A DNA stretch of 42,308 bases from Promethearchaeota archaeon (GCA_019057865.1 JAHLWP010000036.1:1-42308), one strand, 5' to 3'; positions 20,311 to 29,863 are shown, counted from the first letter of the stretch. Notes: generated from the sequence alone by a model not told the origin. Program-made: numbers and translations.

Positions 20311-20378
20311 ATTATTTTCACCTTTTCTTAATTTTTAATTATAATGATTAATTTTTATTATAATGAATATTATTATCC

Positions 20379-20416
20379 TATAATTTAGTATTATTATAAA
20401 ATATTACTAAATTATA
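20379..20416. promoter_or_regulatory. near-perfect 38-bp palindrome between divergent cbiM and cbiQ (candidate metal-regulator operator)
   Basis: TATAATTTAGTA (20379-20390) and TACTAAATTATA (20405-20416) are perfect inverted arms; the centre is also largely self-complementary. Confidence 0.55.
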
Positions 20417-20460
20417 TTTCAGTATGAACTTCAAATTCTGACTGGCTTGCTGATACAATC

Positions 20461-21264
20461 TTGAAAATTACATTACCATTTCGCCATGAAAATGAAAAAA
20501 CTTATTTGAATAAAGTCCATCCTTTAGTTCGCTTAATTTTACCGTTTATTCTCGTATTACCTTTTCTTTTTATTAATAATATTTATCTAATATCAACAAT
20601 TCTGATACTTACTTTAATTTTCAATCTAATTTTTCGATTAAATATTTTTAAGATTCTCTCGAGATTTACAGTTATCATTCCATTTGTTCTTTTCACTACA
20701 TTGTTTATTCCTTTATATGTTGGCGACAACATTATTTATCAATTAAAAATTGGGATTAAAATTAATATATACAAAGAAGGTTTATCTTTAGCTTTCCTGA
20801 TTTTTTTAAGAGTCTTTGGAGCATTATTTGTATTCATGTCTTTTTTCTCAACATTAACTTATTCAGAGTTCATAGAAGCATTAACGAAATTAAGAATTCC
20901 TGCATTCTTAATTGGATCTTTTGTAATTATGCTTCATTATATTCCAATACTGGCAAGCTCAAATAAGAAAATATTAGAAGCACAGGAAGTGAGAGGTAAA
21001 AAGATCACAACTTATTGGCAAAAATTAAAAGCACATGCTTATATAATGGGAAAAAGTATTATATTGAACATGGAACGAAGTGAAAAGTTATTTGAAAGTC
21101 TAAAGATGAGAGGTTTTTCGGGAAAGATAACATTTGCAACAAAAAGGGTTAAGCTGCATGATTTCACCCTATTAACATTTTATATAATAACCGTAATTCT
21201 TTTAATTTATTTTATTAATTTAGAATTTATATATCAGGGGGTTATTTCATTATTTTTGCCGTAG
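20461..21264 (+). CDS. cbiQ: ECF transporter T component CbiQ/NikQ
   Basis: LNKVHPLVRL, AQEVRG and SLKMRGF (conserved Arg motifs), TM helices. Confidence 0.88.
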   Translation: MKITLPFRHENEKTYLNKVHPLVRLILPFILVLPFLFINNIYLISTILILTLIFNLIFRLNIFKILSRFTVIIPFVLFTTLFIPLYVGDNIIYQLKIGIKINIYKEGLSLAFLIFLRVFGALFVFMSFFSTLTYSEFIEALTKLRIPAFLIGSFVIMLHYIPILASSNKKILEAQEVRGKKITTYWQKLKAHAYIMGKSIILNMERSEKLFESLKMRGFSGKITFATKRVKLHDFTLLTFYIITVILLIYFINLEFIYQGVISLFLP

Positions 21265-22001
21265 AGGTTGAAATTGTGAATTTTAGTTATAATTCTGGAT
21301 TTAAAATTCAAAATCTCTCACTTAAAATCGAAGAGAATTCCATATATGCATTAACAGGAAACAATGGTTCGGGGAAAACTACTTTATTAAGACTGTTAGT
21401 TGGCTTATTGAAACCAGAATCTGGCAATATTAAGATTTTTAATGAACCACTTACAAGAAATAAAAAAGAATTATGGGAGATTAGACAAAAAATTGGATTT
21501 TTATTCCAAAATCCGGATGATCAGTTATTTGCTCCAACAATCGAGGAGGATATAGGTTTTGGTGCAAGAAATTTAAAATTAGATGAAAGAGAGGTAGAAA
21601 AGCGCGTATTGTGGGCTTTAAAAGCAGTTGATTTAATTGAGTTTAAGGATTATTCTCCATTTAATCTCTCTTGGGGCCAAAAGAAACGAGCTGCTTTAGC
21701 AGGGTTACTAGTAATGAAACCTAAATTGTTAATATTAGATGAACCATTTGCCAATCTTGATTTCAATGCAATATATAATCACCTTAAAATTATAGAGAAA
21801 TTAAAGAAAGAAGAAAATATGACTATTTTGTTTACTACACACAATCTCTTTTTTGTTGAGAACTGGGCAAATAAAATGCTCGTATTAGATAATGGAAAGA
21901 GTATTTTTGAAGGAGATCCTAAAGAAGGACTAATTGATACCCAAGTTTTAGAATTGTTAGGATCTTATGATAAAATTCGTGAGTTAATTAAGAACGATTA
22001 A
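21249..22001 (+). CDS. cbiO: ECF transporter ATPase CbiO/NikO (start probably ATT at 21249 or 21252; ORF track uses GTG 21276)
   Basis: GNNGSGKTT, FQNPDDQLF, LSWGQKKR, LILDEP; upstream in-frame IIFAVEVEIVNFSY. Confidence 0.9.
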   Translation: MIFAVEVEIVNFSYNSGFKIQNLSLKIEENSIYALTGNNGSGKTTLLRLLVGLLKPESGNIKIFNEPLTRNKKELWEIRQKIGFLFQNPDDQLFAPTIEEDIGFGARNLKLDEREVEKRVLWALKAVDLIEFKDYSPFNLSWGQKKRAALAGLLVMKPKLLILDEPFANLDFNAIYNHLKIIEKLKKEENMTILFTTHNLFFVENWANKMLVLDNGKSIFEGDPKEGLIDTQVLELLGSYDKIRELIKND

Positions 22002-22050
22002 GAAAATAAGTTAAGAAAAATTTTTAATTAAGTCTTTATATTATTATAAT

Positions 22051-22250
22051 GGGACAACAATGATGGAATAAAGGCATTTTCGAGGACTCATATGAAAAAA
22101 GATGATTATGAAGTGCATAGTAATGCTGACAGCCAGAGTTTAATAATCAATACTAATCCTGTAAAAATGGGCTCTTAACCAAGCAAAGGTAATGACCATG
22201 CTATGAGGTTATTGGCAGTATACCCAGGCAGGGTACATGATTATTGTCCC
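22051..22250 (+). ncRNA. putative structured non-coding RNA with C/D-box-like motifs
   Basis: 15-position terminal stem GGGACAACAAUGAUG / CAUGAUUAUUGUCCC, internal hairpins, C/D'/C'/D-like boxes, TATA-like TTTTAATTAA about 25 nt upstream, higher GC than flanks, no ORF. Confidence 0.55.
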
Positions 22251-22361
22251 AAGAAGGCATATAAATTAACGCCTAACACGAGAGAACATTATCAATTTTA
22301 TGGTATATCCGTTAAATGAGAAAAATGTGTTAGTGTTTTAGGCAACAATAATATGCTGATT

Positions 22362-22823
22362 TTAAACAACGTGCTGATTAAATAACTCTCTAATTTCTTT
22401 ACTAATCTCCTTGGGCTCAACCTGTAAGTATCTATGTAATATTTTAGCAATTTGAGGAGCCCATTTCTTCATGATGGCACGTATAAAACCTATTTGAACA
22501 TTCTTGTCAGTAATAATACACAACACTCCCTGACCAACTTTAACTGAAAAAATCATGCCACTATAATATTCAGTAATTTGGATATTGATACCTCCATACC
22601 CAAGAATTTGGCCTTGTTCCTCTCCAGCAATAAAAACAGCACCCCCGATTGCACCAATCTTTTCAACAGAGATATCATTTTCATTAGAAAACTTAAATTT
22701 AGATTGACTTAGAATAGTTATTCCTGTATCATCAATTATTATAGCATATTTCAGACCAGAAGTACTATTTATAATTGTGGTTAAAATTTTTTTTAATCTA
22801 AGTTCATCTTCAGAATAGCTCAC
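22362..22823 (-). CDS. roadblock/LC7 (MglB-like) domain protein
   Basis: AIIIDDTGITILS...IGAIGGAVFIAGEEQG...IQITEYYSG...VQIGFIR pattern. Confidence 0.85.
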   Translation of the reverse strand: MSYSEDELRLKKILTTIINSTSGLKYAIIIDDTGITILSQSKFKFSNENDISVEKIGAIGGAVFIAGEEQGQILGYGGINIQITEYYSGMIFSVKVGQGVLCIITDKNVQIGFIRAIMKKWAPQIAKILHRYLQVEPKEISKEIRELFNQHVV

Positions 22824-23036
22824 TAATTTGTCAACCTAAACAATCATTAATTCATTATTTTTTATCAAAAGCTTTCTTCATATTGTAAATTAATTATTTA
22901 AACTAAACTTGATATTTACGCTTATAGCAATTCTAGTAGATAATGAAATTTTTTATTTAAAAATTTAAGTAAGTAATTTGTTTTCTTACGGTCCGTAATA
23001 TAAATTGCTTAACTTTCTTTACCACAAATAAAACGA

Positions 23037-23372
23037 TTAAAAAAGTGTTTGCGTTTTAATTAAATCTTTCAATGGCCTTAACCGACTCTTATAATCTTTT
23101 GTCTTCTCTAATAAGATTAAGATTTTATAATTTTTAGATTTATCTAAATCTTTTTTAATTTTAATAAGCTTAGAATCATTAATAAAGTCTCTATGTTTGG
23201 TAACTGCGGATAATGCTAATGTATTTTCGAGGATCCAAAGTCTTTTTGAAATAGATGAAGCTACCGGAAATCCATGTTTGTCGGTTATAATTCCTGCTAT
23301 AAAATTAGGAAACTTTTTTTCTATCCTATATAAGAAATAGTTTACCTCATCCTGTTTTATTAGATCATCCAA
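23037..23372 (-). CDS. probable roadblock/longin-like small protein
   Basis: AGIITDKHGFPVAS motif; tandem with the roadblock gene; AGGTG SD before TTG. Confidence 0.65.
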   Translation of the reverse strand: MDDLIKQDEVNYFLYRIEKKFPNFIAGIITDKHGFPVASSISKRLWILENTLALSAVTKHRDFINDSKLIKIKKDLDKSKNYKILILLEKTKDYKSRLRPLKDLIKTQTLF

Positions 23373-23386
23373 TCTTTTACACCTTT

Positions 23387-23412
23387 CCTATCAATTTGAT
23401 CGAATTGATAGG
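23387..23412 (-). promoter_or_regulatory. perfect 10-bp inverted repeat immediately upstream of the SD of 23037..23372
   Basis: CCTATCAATT-N6-AATTGATAGG. Confidence 0.5.
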
Positions 23413-23524
23413 TTAAAAATAAGAAAATTAAATCATTAAATGCTATATTATGAAGATATTATGATTTAACTCAGAATAATTATTTCAAATTTATGAAAAT
23501 TATATTATGTTTCGTAATTGGATA

Positions 23525-24118
23525 TTAATCATGATAACTGTAGCGTTGTTCCTTCCATGGATCTGCTTTATTACTATACCCTCCTCTTTCCCAATACCCC
23601 AATCTATCTTCCTTGAGAAACATTATTTTTATAACCCATTTTGCACTTTTATAGAAATATAAATCTGGAATAATTGGGCGTACAGGTCCTCCATGTTGAT
23701 TATTTATAGGAAGACCTTCATAAGTTAATGCTAAAATAGCATTATCTGCTTTTGCCTGTTCAATAGGAACAGTTGTTGTAAAACCTCCATCTGCACAGTA
23801 AAATTCAACAAAATGAGCAACTTCATTTGGTTTTAAAATTTTAAAAAGCGTTGAAAAAGAAATTCCACTCCATTTTGTATCAAATTTGCTCCAAGATGTG
23901 ACGCAATGAATATCTGCAACAATTTCTTTATCTTTTAGTTTTTCAAGATCTTGAAGTGTAAAAGTCATAGGATTTTCAATTTCTCCATCTAAAGTTAATT
24001 TATATGTTTCTCTATCAAGATGAGCTACACTTCCTTTTTGGAGAACGGGGAATCGTTTAGCAATATGTTGACCAGGTGGCAGTCTTGGTTTTCCATTGGA
24101 TCTTAATTCTTCTTTCAT
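23525..24118 (-). CDS. sulfite oxidase-like molybdopterin-dependent oxidoreductase
   Basis: RLPPGQ, DIHCVTSWS (Mo-ligating Cys), HGGPVR, YFYKSAKW, GYWERGGY. Confidence 0.9.
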   Translation of the reverse strand: MKEELRSNGKPRLPPGQHIAKRFPVLQKGSVAHLDRETYKLTLDGEIENPMTFTLQDLEKLKDKEIVADIHCVTSWSKFDTKWSGISFSTLFKILKPNEVAHFVEFYCADGGFTTTVPIEQAKADNAILALTYEGLPINNQHGGPVRPIIPDLYFYKSAKWVIKIMFLKEDRLGYWERGGYSNKADPWKEQRYSYHD

Positions 24119-24206
24119 AATTTAAATTGCTATATCTTTAAATTTTCTCTATAAAATAAACTATAATTTCTTAACTTATAAAAAGTTAACATTAATTAGC
24201 TCTAAA

Positions 24207-25145
24207 TTATAATTTATTATTTCTCTTTAAGGATATACCTAAATTTATATTTTCTATAAGTTCAGAAAACCTATTACGAACAGTTACTTCTGTTACCCCC
24301 GTTATAAGAGCAATCTTTCTTTGAGTTCTTCTTTCTTTCGTTAAGATGCTCGCTGCATAAATAGCTGCAGCACAAACTCCTGTTGGACCTCTACCAGAAG
24401 TTAAACCACGTTCTTCTGCCATTCGAATAATTGCTTTTGCCATTTTTTGGCATCTTGTGCTTAATTTGAGTTCAGAGATAAATCTTGTAAGAAAATCTAT
24501 TGGTTTGGTTGGATTTAAATTTAACTCTAATTCATTAGAGATAAATCTGAAAGATCTACCAATTTCTTTCTTATTTACGCGTGCTACATCAGCAATTTCA
24601 TTAAGTGTTCGAGGAACTTTATACATTCTACAAGCAGCATATAAACTTGCAGCTGCTACGCCCTCTATACTTCTACCCCGGATAAGATGAGCTTCAACAG
24701 CATCGCGATAAATTTTTGCTGAACATTCTCTTAGATTCTTTTGAAGATCAAGATTTGAAGCCATTCGATCAAGTTCACTTAAAGCAAATGTGAGATTTCT
24801 TTCAGTTGCGTCAGATACTCTAATCCTAGACTGCCATTTCCGAAGCCGATATATCTGACCTCGTAATTTAGCAGGAATTTCTTTTCCAAAAATGTCTCGA
24901 TTTTTCCAGTCAATCATTGTACTGAGACCTTTATCATGGATCATATAAGTCATAGGTGCTCCTGTCCTAGTTCTTTTCTTTTTCTGATCTGCATCAAAAG
25001 CTCTCCATTCTGGGCCCTGATCAATATGTTTCTCAGAGTGAACTAAACCACATTCTTCACAAACTAATAATCCTCTATTTTCATCAAAAAAAATACTTTT
25101 TCCGCATTCTATACAGTTATTATTTTCTATACTTAAGTTCTCCAC
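24207..25145 (-). CDS. tfb: transcription initiation factor IIB (possible ATT start at 25178)
   Basis: Zn ribbon CIECG...CEECG, B-reader GPEWRAFD, cyclin repeats [22 protein letters not shown]. Confidence 0.96.
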   Translation of the reverse strand: MENLSIENNNCIECGKSIFFDENRGLLVCEECGLVHSEKHIDQGPEWRAFDADQKKKRTRTGAPMTYMIHDKGLSTMIDWKNRDIFGKEIPAKLRGQIYRLRKWQSRIRVSDATERNLTFALSELDRMASNLDLQKNLRECSAKIYRDAVEAHLIRGRSIEGVAAASLYAACRMYKVPRTLNEIADVARVNKKEIGRSFRFISNELELNLNPTKPIDFLTRFISELKLSTRCQKMAKAIIRMAEERGLTSGRGPTGVCAAAIYAASILTKERRTQRKIALITGVTEVTVRNRFSELIENINLGISLKRNNKL

Positions 25146-25225
25146 TACTTCCGCGTTAAGTTCTTTCCAACTTGAAATAGATTACACCTTATTTTAAAAC
25201 ATTTTTTAAAAAGATCTTTAAAAAT

Positions 25226-25474
25226 CTAGGTCAATTTAGCATAAAAGTTATCATTAGGGTCAAATTGCTGACCGGGTAAGGTTTTTATTGAAAGAAATGG
25301 TAATTCAAATGGGCCAAATATATCTTTAATATATCCAATCTTCTCATACTTTTCATTAAAAAGTGATTGCTTTAACAATTTTTCTAATTTTCTATTCCAT
25401 TGTTTTGCTCTAAAAATATAATGCTTTTTTGATTTGCCAACATAAAATAGATTTAATTTAACCCAGTTTTTCAA
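25226..25474 (-). CDS. gar1: H/ACA RNP protein Gar1/Naf1
   Basis: KIGYIKDIFGP..LPFLSIK; conserved position upstream of tfb. Confidence 0.8.
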   Translation of the reverse strand: MKNWVKLNLFYVGKSKKHYIFRAKQWNRKLEKLLKQSLFNEKYEKIGYIKDIFGPFELPFLSIKTLPGQQFDPNDNFYAKLT

Positions 25475-25615
25475 GCGTAATGCCTAGCTTAGTAATTCAA
25501 ATATAAAATAAATCATTGGTGGTTATTATTTAAATATAATGGTTTTTTTGATAATAAATTACAAAAATGGCAATTCCCCTTATGACAAAAAAAACTAATC
25601 ATGAAATAGAGACGT

Positions 25616-26716
25616 TCAATAATAAGATTTTTGCATTTTATACTTTTTTTTACAGTTACAATCAAATATCTCTTTATCTAATTCTCTTAAATCTTGAGTA
25701 AGAACAAACTTTCTTAAAATTTCTTTGGCAGAACTCTCACATTCCCTCTTTAGACAATTATGAATCCCCCTTTTAGTTCCTGCTCCTGAAGGATCAGATA
25801 AAATTCTCACTGTTTTTAAATCCTCTTGTGATAATGATCTTTTTAAACATTTAAATAGTGAGTAATACCATGGTGGTCTATATCTTTTTTGAAACCATAA
25901 AAATTCTGTAAATGTGCCTTTTTGAATATTTAAAGGATTTATTGATATAGAATTTACTTTTAATTCTATTAATTCTTTTATTGAATTTTCACAGTCATCT
26001 ATTGCTCCTTGTTCATTTACGAATGGAGGTTTAAATAATAAATATGCTTTTACCCCAATATTATGTTCTTTACATATTTGAATAGCATTTTTAAAATCAC
26101 TAAATAAAAGCCCCTTATTGATATAATTATTTCTTATGTAATCATCTATGGTTTCAAGTCCTATTCCAATCTCAAGATATTTATTTTTTAAATATCGCTT
26201 TATTTCAATGAGTTTATCTGGAGTTATATACTCTACTCTTGATTCCAAAACAACCTCTTTAATTTTTCCAATGCTTGCGATTTTTTCATAAATATATCTT
26301 CGAACATTTTCACTTATTTCACCCTCATCAAGAAAACTACCAGAATTAAATAATTTTAAAACGTAATTATCAGTATCTTTATTGATTTCATTTAATTTAT
26401 TACTTAGAGCATAATCAAACTGATTTTTTATTTGCGTAGGAGCAACATTTTCTATATTAGCGTCTTTAATATAACCGCACATTGAGCATCCACCATGAGC
26501 TCCTAATGCCCAATCACATCCTCTAGTTCTCAAAATAATAGTGAATTCTTTCCCAATTTCACCTAAAAGTCTTTCCTTTTTTATCCAAAAAGTAATTGGC
26601 TTGTTTAATTGCTCTTGATCGTATTTTTTCTTTCTTTTTAAGGTTTGTTGCCTATAAAAAAATATTTTTTCAGTCAATGATTCATTATAGGTAATTTTAG
26701 AATTGTGCTTTTTCAT
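25616..26716 (-). CDS. raSEA: archaeosine biosynthesis radical SAM protein RaSEA
   Basis: ILRTRGCDW...GGCSMCGY, FNSGSFLD, VKAYLLFKPPF, YRPPW, RGIHNC; overlaps arcS. Confidence 0.88.
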   Translation of the reverse strand: MKKHNSKITYNESLTEKIFFYRQQTLKRKKKYDQEQLNKPITFWIKKERLLGEIGKEFTIILRTRGCDWALGAHGGCSMCGYIKDANIENVAPTQIKNQFDYALSNKLNEINKDTDNYVLKLFNSGSFLDEGEISENVRRYIYEKIASIGKIKEVVLESRVEYITPDKLIEIKRYLKNKYLEIGIGLETIDDYIRNNYINKGLLFSDFKNAIQICKEHNIGVKAYLLFKPPFVNEQGAIDDCENSIKELIELKVNSISINPLNIQKGTFTEFLWFQKRYRPPWYYSLFKCLKRSLSQEDLKTVRILSDPSGAGTKRGIHNCLKRECESSAKEILRKFVLTQDLRELDKEIFDCNCKKKYKMQKSYY

Positions 26717-28784
26717 AAATTTTTACTATCCTTCCTGCTTTTGAATTTTTGATAAAATTTGACCCTACTAAAAGCTCTCCTATTCCAATTATATTCTTTT
26801 TCTTTTTATCTAGGATGATTACATGATTATTTGGGATTAGATCAGAACTCCAATTTAAAATTCCTGCTCGAAATAAAGTGTTTCCCTTAATTTCCTCTCC
26901 ATCAAATACAATAAAATTAGAATTAATAGAACTTGGATCTTGAGTAATTCGAATGATTCCTTTAAGGGTTAAGCTAATTTGTCCAGTTTTGAATTTAAAA
27001 ACACCTATTTCTTCATTCTTATTAGAGTTTATTAAGCTAATTTTAGTAGAAGCTTTATTTTTCTTTAGAACTATCTCACTAGAAATAATTTTTACTCCTG
27101 AACCTGGACCAAACTGATAATCTAATATTTTTATGAACTTTCTTATCCATGTTTTTGATATAAAATCTTTTCTTGGAAGACTTTCGTTTACTATGTACTT
27201 ATCTTTTTGTTCTTTAATTATATTCTCCAAAGATTGAAGAGATTCTTTAGAGGTTGCTCTTCCATAGATCTTAGAAAAAATAAAATTGTTTTGTAACTTA
27301 GAAGTTGCTTTTTTGGCAATTTCAAGATAACCATCTTCAAGATGACAGATTATTGGAATATTTTTATTATAGTTCTCTAATACTTTTATAAGCATTTCTA
27401 CGGCAATATTAAGTTCCTCAGTATCCCATTCTCCAGTAACTGAAATATCATATGAATTAGCAGGATAAATATTTTCTAATTGTCTTGGAATGATCCCTAA
27501 AGGTGAAGTTAATATAAATTCTTGGAAATATGGAAATTCAGGAAATTTTCTAATTGCCTTATGAAATAATTTATGTGACTTTGATTCTGAATATGGTTTT
27601 TTAGCAGAACATGGAAGTAATATAATTAGTCTAGTCCATGGCTCTGGCTTAAAATGTTCAATGGTTCTTACTCTAAATTCTTGGAAATTAGGTCTATAAT
27701 ATGATGAGGGTCCAAAACATTTAACACTTTTATTTTCTTGGACTATTGGCGTCTCGTATCTTATGAGATCAAAATAAGATTTATCTAAAACTTTTAGAAT
27801 TGAAATTATATTAGTATCATCTAGAGAAGATTTTTCGACAAATGCTCTAAAATCTTCATAAGATATATACTGTTTAATTTTTTTCATATAATTAAACGCT
27901 GATATTAAATTATGTAAACAAAGTAGATCAATTTTTTCGGATGAATATTTATCTTCTAATAAATTCTTTAATTTTCCTTGACACGCAACACAAGAACAAG
28001 GTAAAAATTTTATTTTATAGATTGGTAACAAGTATTCTATCGAATCATAGAAATTTTCTCCTGATAAATACATTAAATAAGAACTATCTATTAGATCGAC
28101 TCCAAGGTATATTAAAATTGGATAAAATTTAGGAATTACCCTACCAGAAGCCATTATAATAATATTATTATCTAAATGTGTTTTAATTTCGACAAGAAGT
28201 CCAATTATGTTCCTGAAGTTGCTAAAATTATCGAAGATATCCGCTAAATTTAATATTTTAATATTTTCATTATTTCTTATCAGTGGAAAATATAGATTAA
28301 CTAATTTAGGGTAATCAAATATTTTTATAGTTATACCAAAATTAAGATTCGGATTATTTTTTAGAATTTTTTCAGCAGAATTAATATAATTTTCAATTTC
28401 CTTTTGAACAAAATCCTTATTAATAATTGTAGTTGGAATATTAAATGGAATTATTGATATTATATTATCCTCAAAAAAAATATCTGAATTTTCAAATAGT
28501 ATTTGTTGAAATCTTTCTAATTTTCCTGTGTGAGTAAAAATAAATCCTGTTTTTTTGAATTTATCCCTAATAAAACTAATCTTCAAAAAAATTTCTTTAG
28601 AAATTATGAATAAATCATGGTTTTCAAATTGTTCTATAAAATTTAATTGATGCATTAAAACATTTCTTATAGGAATAAGGATATTTGGTGTTTTGCTATA
28701 TATTTTAGGCTTTTTAGATATTAAAACCCGTCCTATTCTTGAATAACCAACCTTTGTACTTATTACTTCAAAAAAACGAGTCAT
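26697..28784 (-). CDS. arcS: archaeosine synthase ArcS (TgtA2) with C-terminal PUA domain
   Basis: YLGVDLIDS, LLPCSAKKPYSESKSH, TSPLGIIPRQLE...YDISVTGEW, PUA-like tail. Confidence 0.88.
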   Translation of the reverse strand: MTRFFEVISTKVGYSRIGRVLISKKPKIYSKTPNILIPIRNVLMHQLNFIEQFENHDLFIISKEIFLKISFIRDKFKKTGFIFTHTGKLERFQQILFENSDIFFEDNIISIIPFNIPTTIINKDFVQKEIENYINSAEKILKNNPNLNFGITIKIFDYPKLVNLYFPLIRNNENIKILNLADIFDNFSNFRNIIGLLVEIKTHLDNNIIIMASGRVIPKFYPILIYLGVDLIDSSYLMYLSGENFYDSIEYLLPIYKIKFLPCSCVACQGKLKNLLEDKYSSEKIDLLCLHNLISAFNYMKKIKQYISYEDFRAFVEKSSLDDTNIISILKVLDKSYFDLIRYETPIVQENKSVKCFGPSSYYRPNFQEFRVRTIEHFKPEPWTRLIILLPCSAKKPYSESKSHKLFHKAIRKFPEFPYFQEFILTSPLGIIPRQLENIYPANSYDISVTGEWDTEELNIAVEMLIKVLENYNKNIPIICHLEDGYLEIAKKATSKLQNNFIFSKIYGRATSKESLQSLENIIKEQKDKYIVNESLPRKDFISKTWIRKFIKILDYQFGPGSGVKIISSEIVLKKNKASTKISLINSNKNEEIGVFKFKTGQISLTLKGIIRITQDPSSINSNFIVFDGEEIKGNTLFRAGILNWSSDLIPNNHVIILDKKKKNIIGIGELLVGSNFIKNSKAGRIVKIYEKAQF

Positions 28785-28927
28785 CTTTTTTAATAAAAGA
28801 TATTATAGGATTTATTTTTCGTATTAATTAATGAAATATCCGAAAGTAATTAAGAATTTAGTTACATGTAATTAGAAATAGATTTCCTAAATTCAACAAC
28901 TTTCTTTGGATTTATAAAACAGTTTTT

Positions 28928-29863
28928 TTAATAAAACTTAAAATTTGTATATGGTTTTAACTCATCTAAGACAAAAATGGTAAAAGTATCTTCTATTTCT
29001 TCTGTGTCATAAAGATACTTTATAAAAGATGCATAATCTTCAATATTTCTTACTCGAACAATGGCAAATAATCCATATTGTTCACCAATCCTAAATAGAT
29101 GAGTGATTTCTTGCATCTTTTCTAATTTTAAAGCAATTTGGTTATATTTTGAAGTATCTCTTGGTTTGATTCTAATAAAAAATTTTCCCTTAAATCCTAA
29201 TTTGCTTGGATTAAAATTTATTGCATAATTTAAGATAATTCCTGTTTGTTCAAGATTTTTAATCCTATTGTAAATTGTTGACTGAGAAATCTCAATTTGA
29301 TATTTTCTTTTTAATATCCGAGAAATTTCAAAAGTAGATAGCAATTTTAATCCTTGATCTTCTTCTAAAATTTTTAAAATTAAATAATCAATATTATCCA
29401 AAGTATAATTAACATCTAGTCTAACTTTTGTCAATTCAATTCCATAGGTTTTGTAAACTCTAATTGCTTCAACTAATTGATATTTTTTAAAATAAGAATT
29501 TGACATTATTTTATCTATTATATTTAAAACTTGACTAAATTCATTTGAATCTTTAAAAATAAATAAAGTAAGGAGTGAAAACTCACCAAAAATTCCATCT
29601 AAAATTTTTAACTGGGGTATTTTTTGTAATTCTTCTACAAGATGAGGTTCTTTTGGATTAGTTTTTATTTCAAGAATAATATATTTCAAATTTGGTGAAA
29701 TATTTGGATTAATATTTATAATAAAGTTCTTGATTATATGTTCTCGAGCTAACTGTTCAAATCTATTTTGGAAAGTAACTCTTGTAATCTTTAATTCTCT
29801 TGAAATTTTTGTAATATTCGGTTTTGTTTTGGAATACAATTTTTGTATTATTCCAGTATGCAT
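28928..29863 (-). CDS. Lrp/AsnC-family transcription regulator with tandem duplicated modules
   Basis: Two HTH+RAM units (ISRELKITRVTFQNRFEQL; LDNIDYLILKIL...ISQSTIYNRIKNLEQTGII); divergent from ahcY. Confidence 0.85.
   Translation of the reverse strand: MHTGIIQKLYSKTKPNITKISRELKITRVTFQNRFEQLAREHIIKNFIININPNISPNLKYIILEIKTNPKEPHLVEELQKIPQLKILDGIFGEFSLLTLFIFKDSNEFSQVLNIIDKIMSNSYFKKYQLVEAIRVYKTYGIELTKVRLDVNYTLDNIDYLILKILEEDQGLKLLSTFEISRILKRKYQIEISQSTIYNRIKNLEQTGIILNYAINFNPSKLGFKGKFFIRIKPRDTSKYNQIALKLEKMQEITHLFRIGEQYGLFAIVRVRNIEDYASFIKYLYDTEEIEDTFTIFVLDELKPYTNFKFY

Noticed and set aside
22051-22250. RNase P RNA, SRP RNA, 5S rRNA or cobalamin riboswitch
   Set aside because: No GAGGAAAGUCC/P4 signature, no SRP helix-8 motif and no B12 box were recognised, and it lies downstream rather than upstream of the cbi genes.
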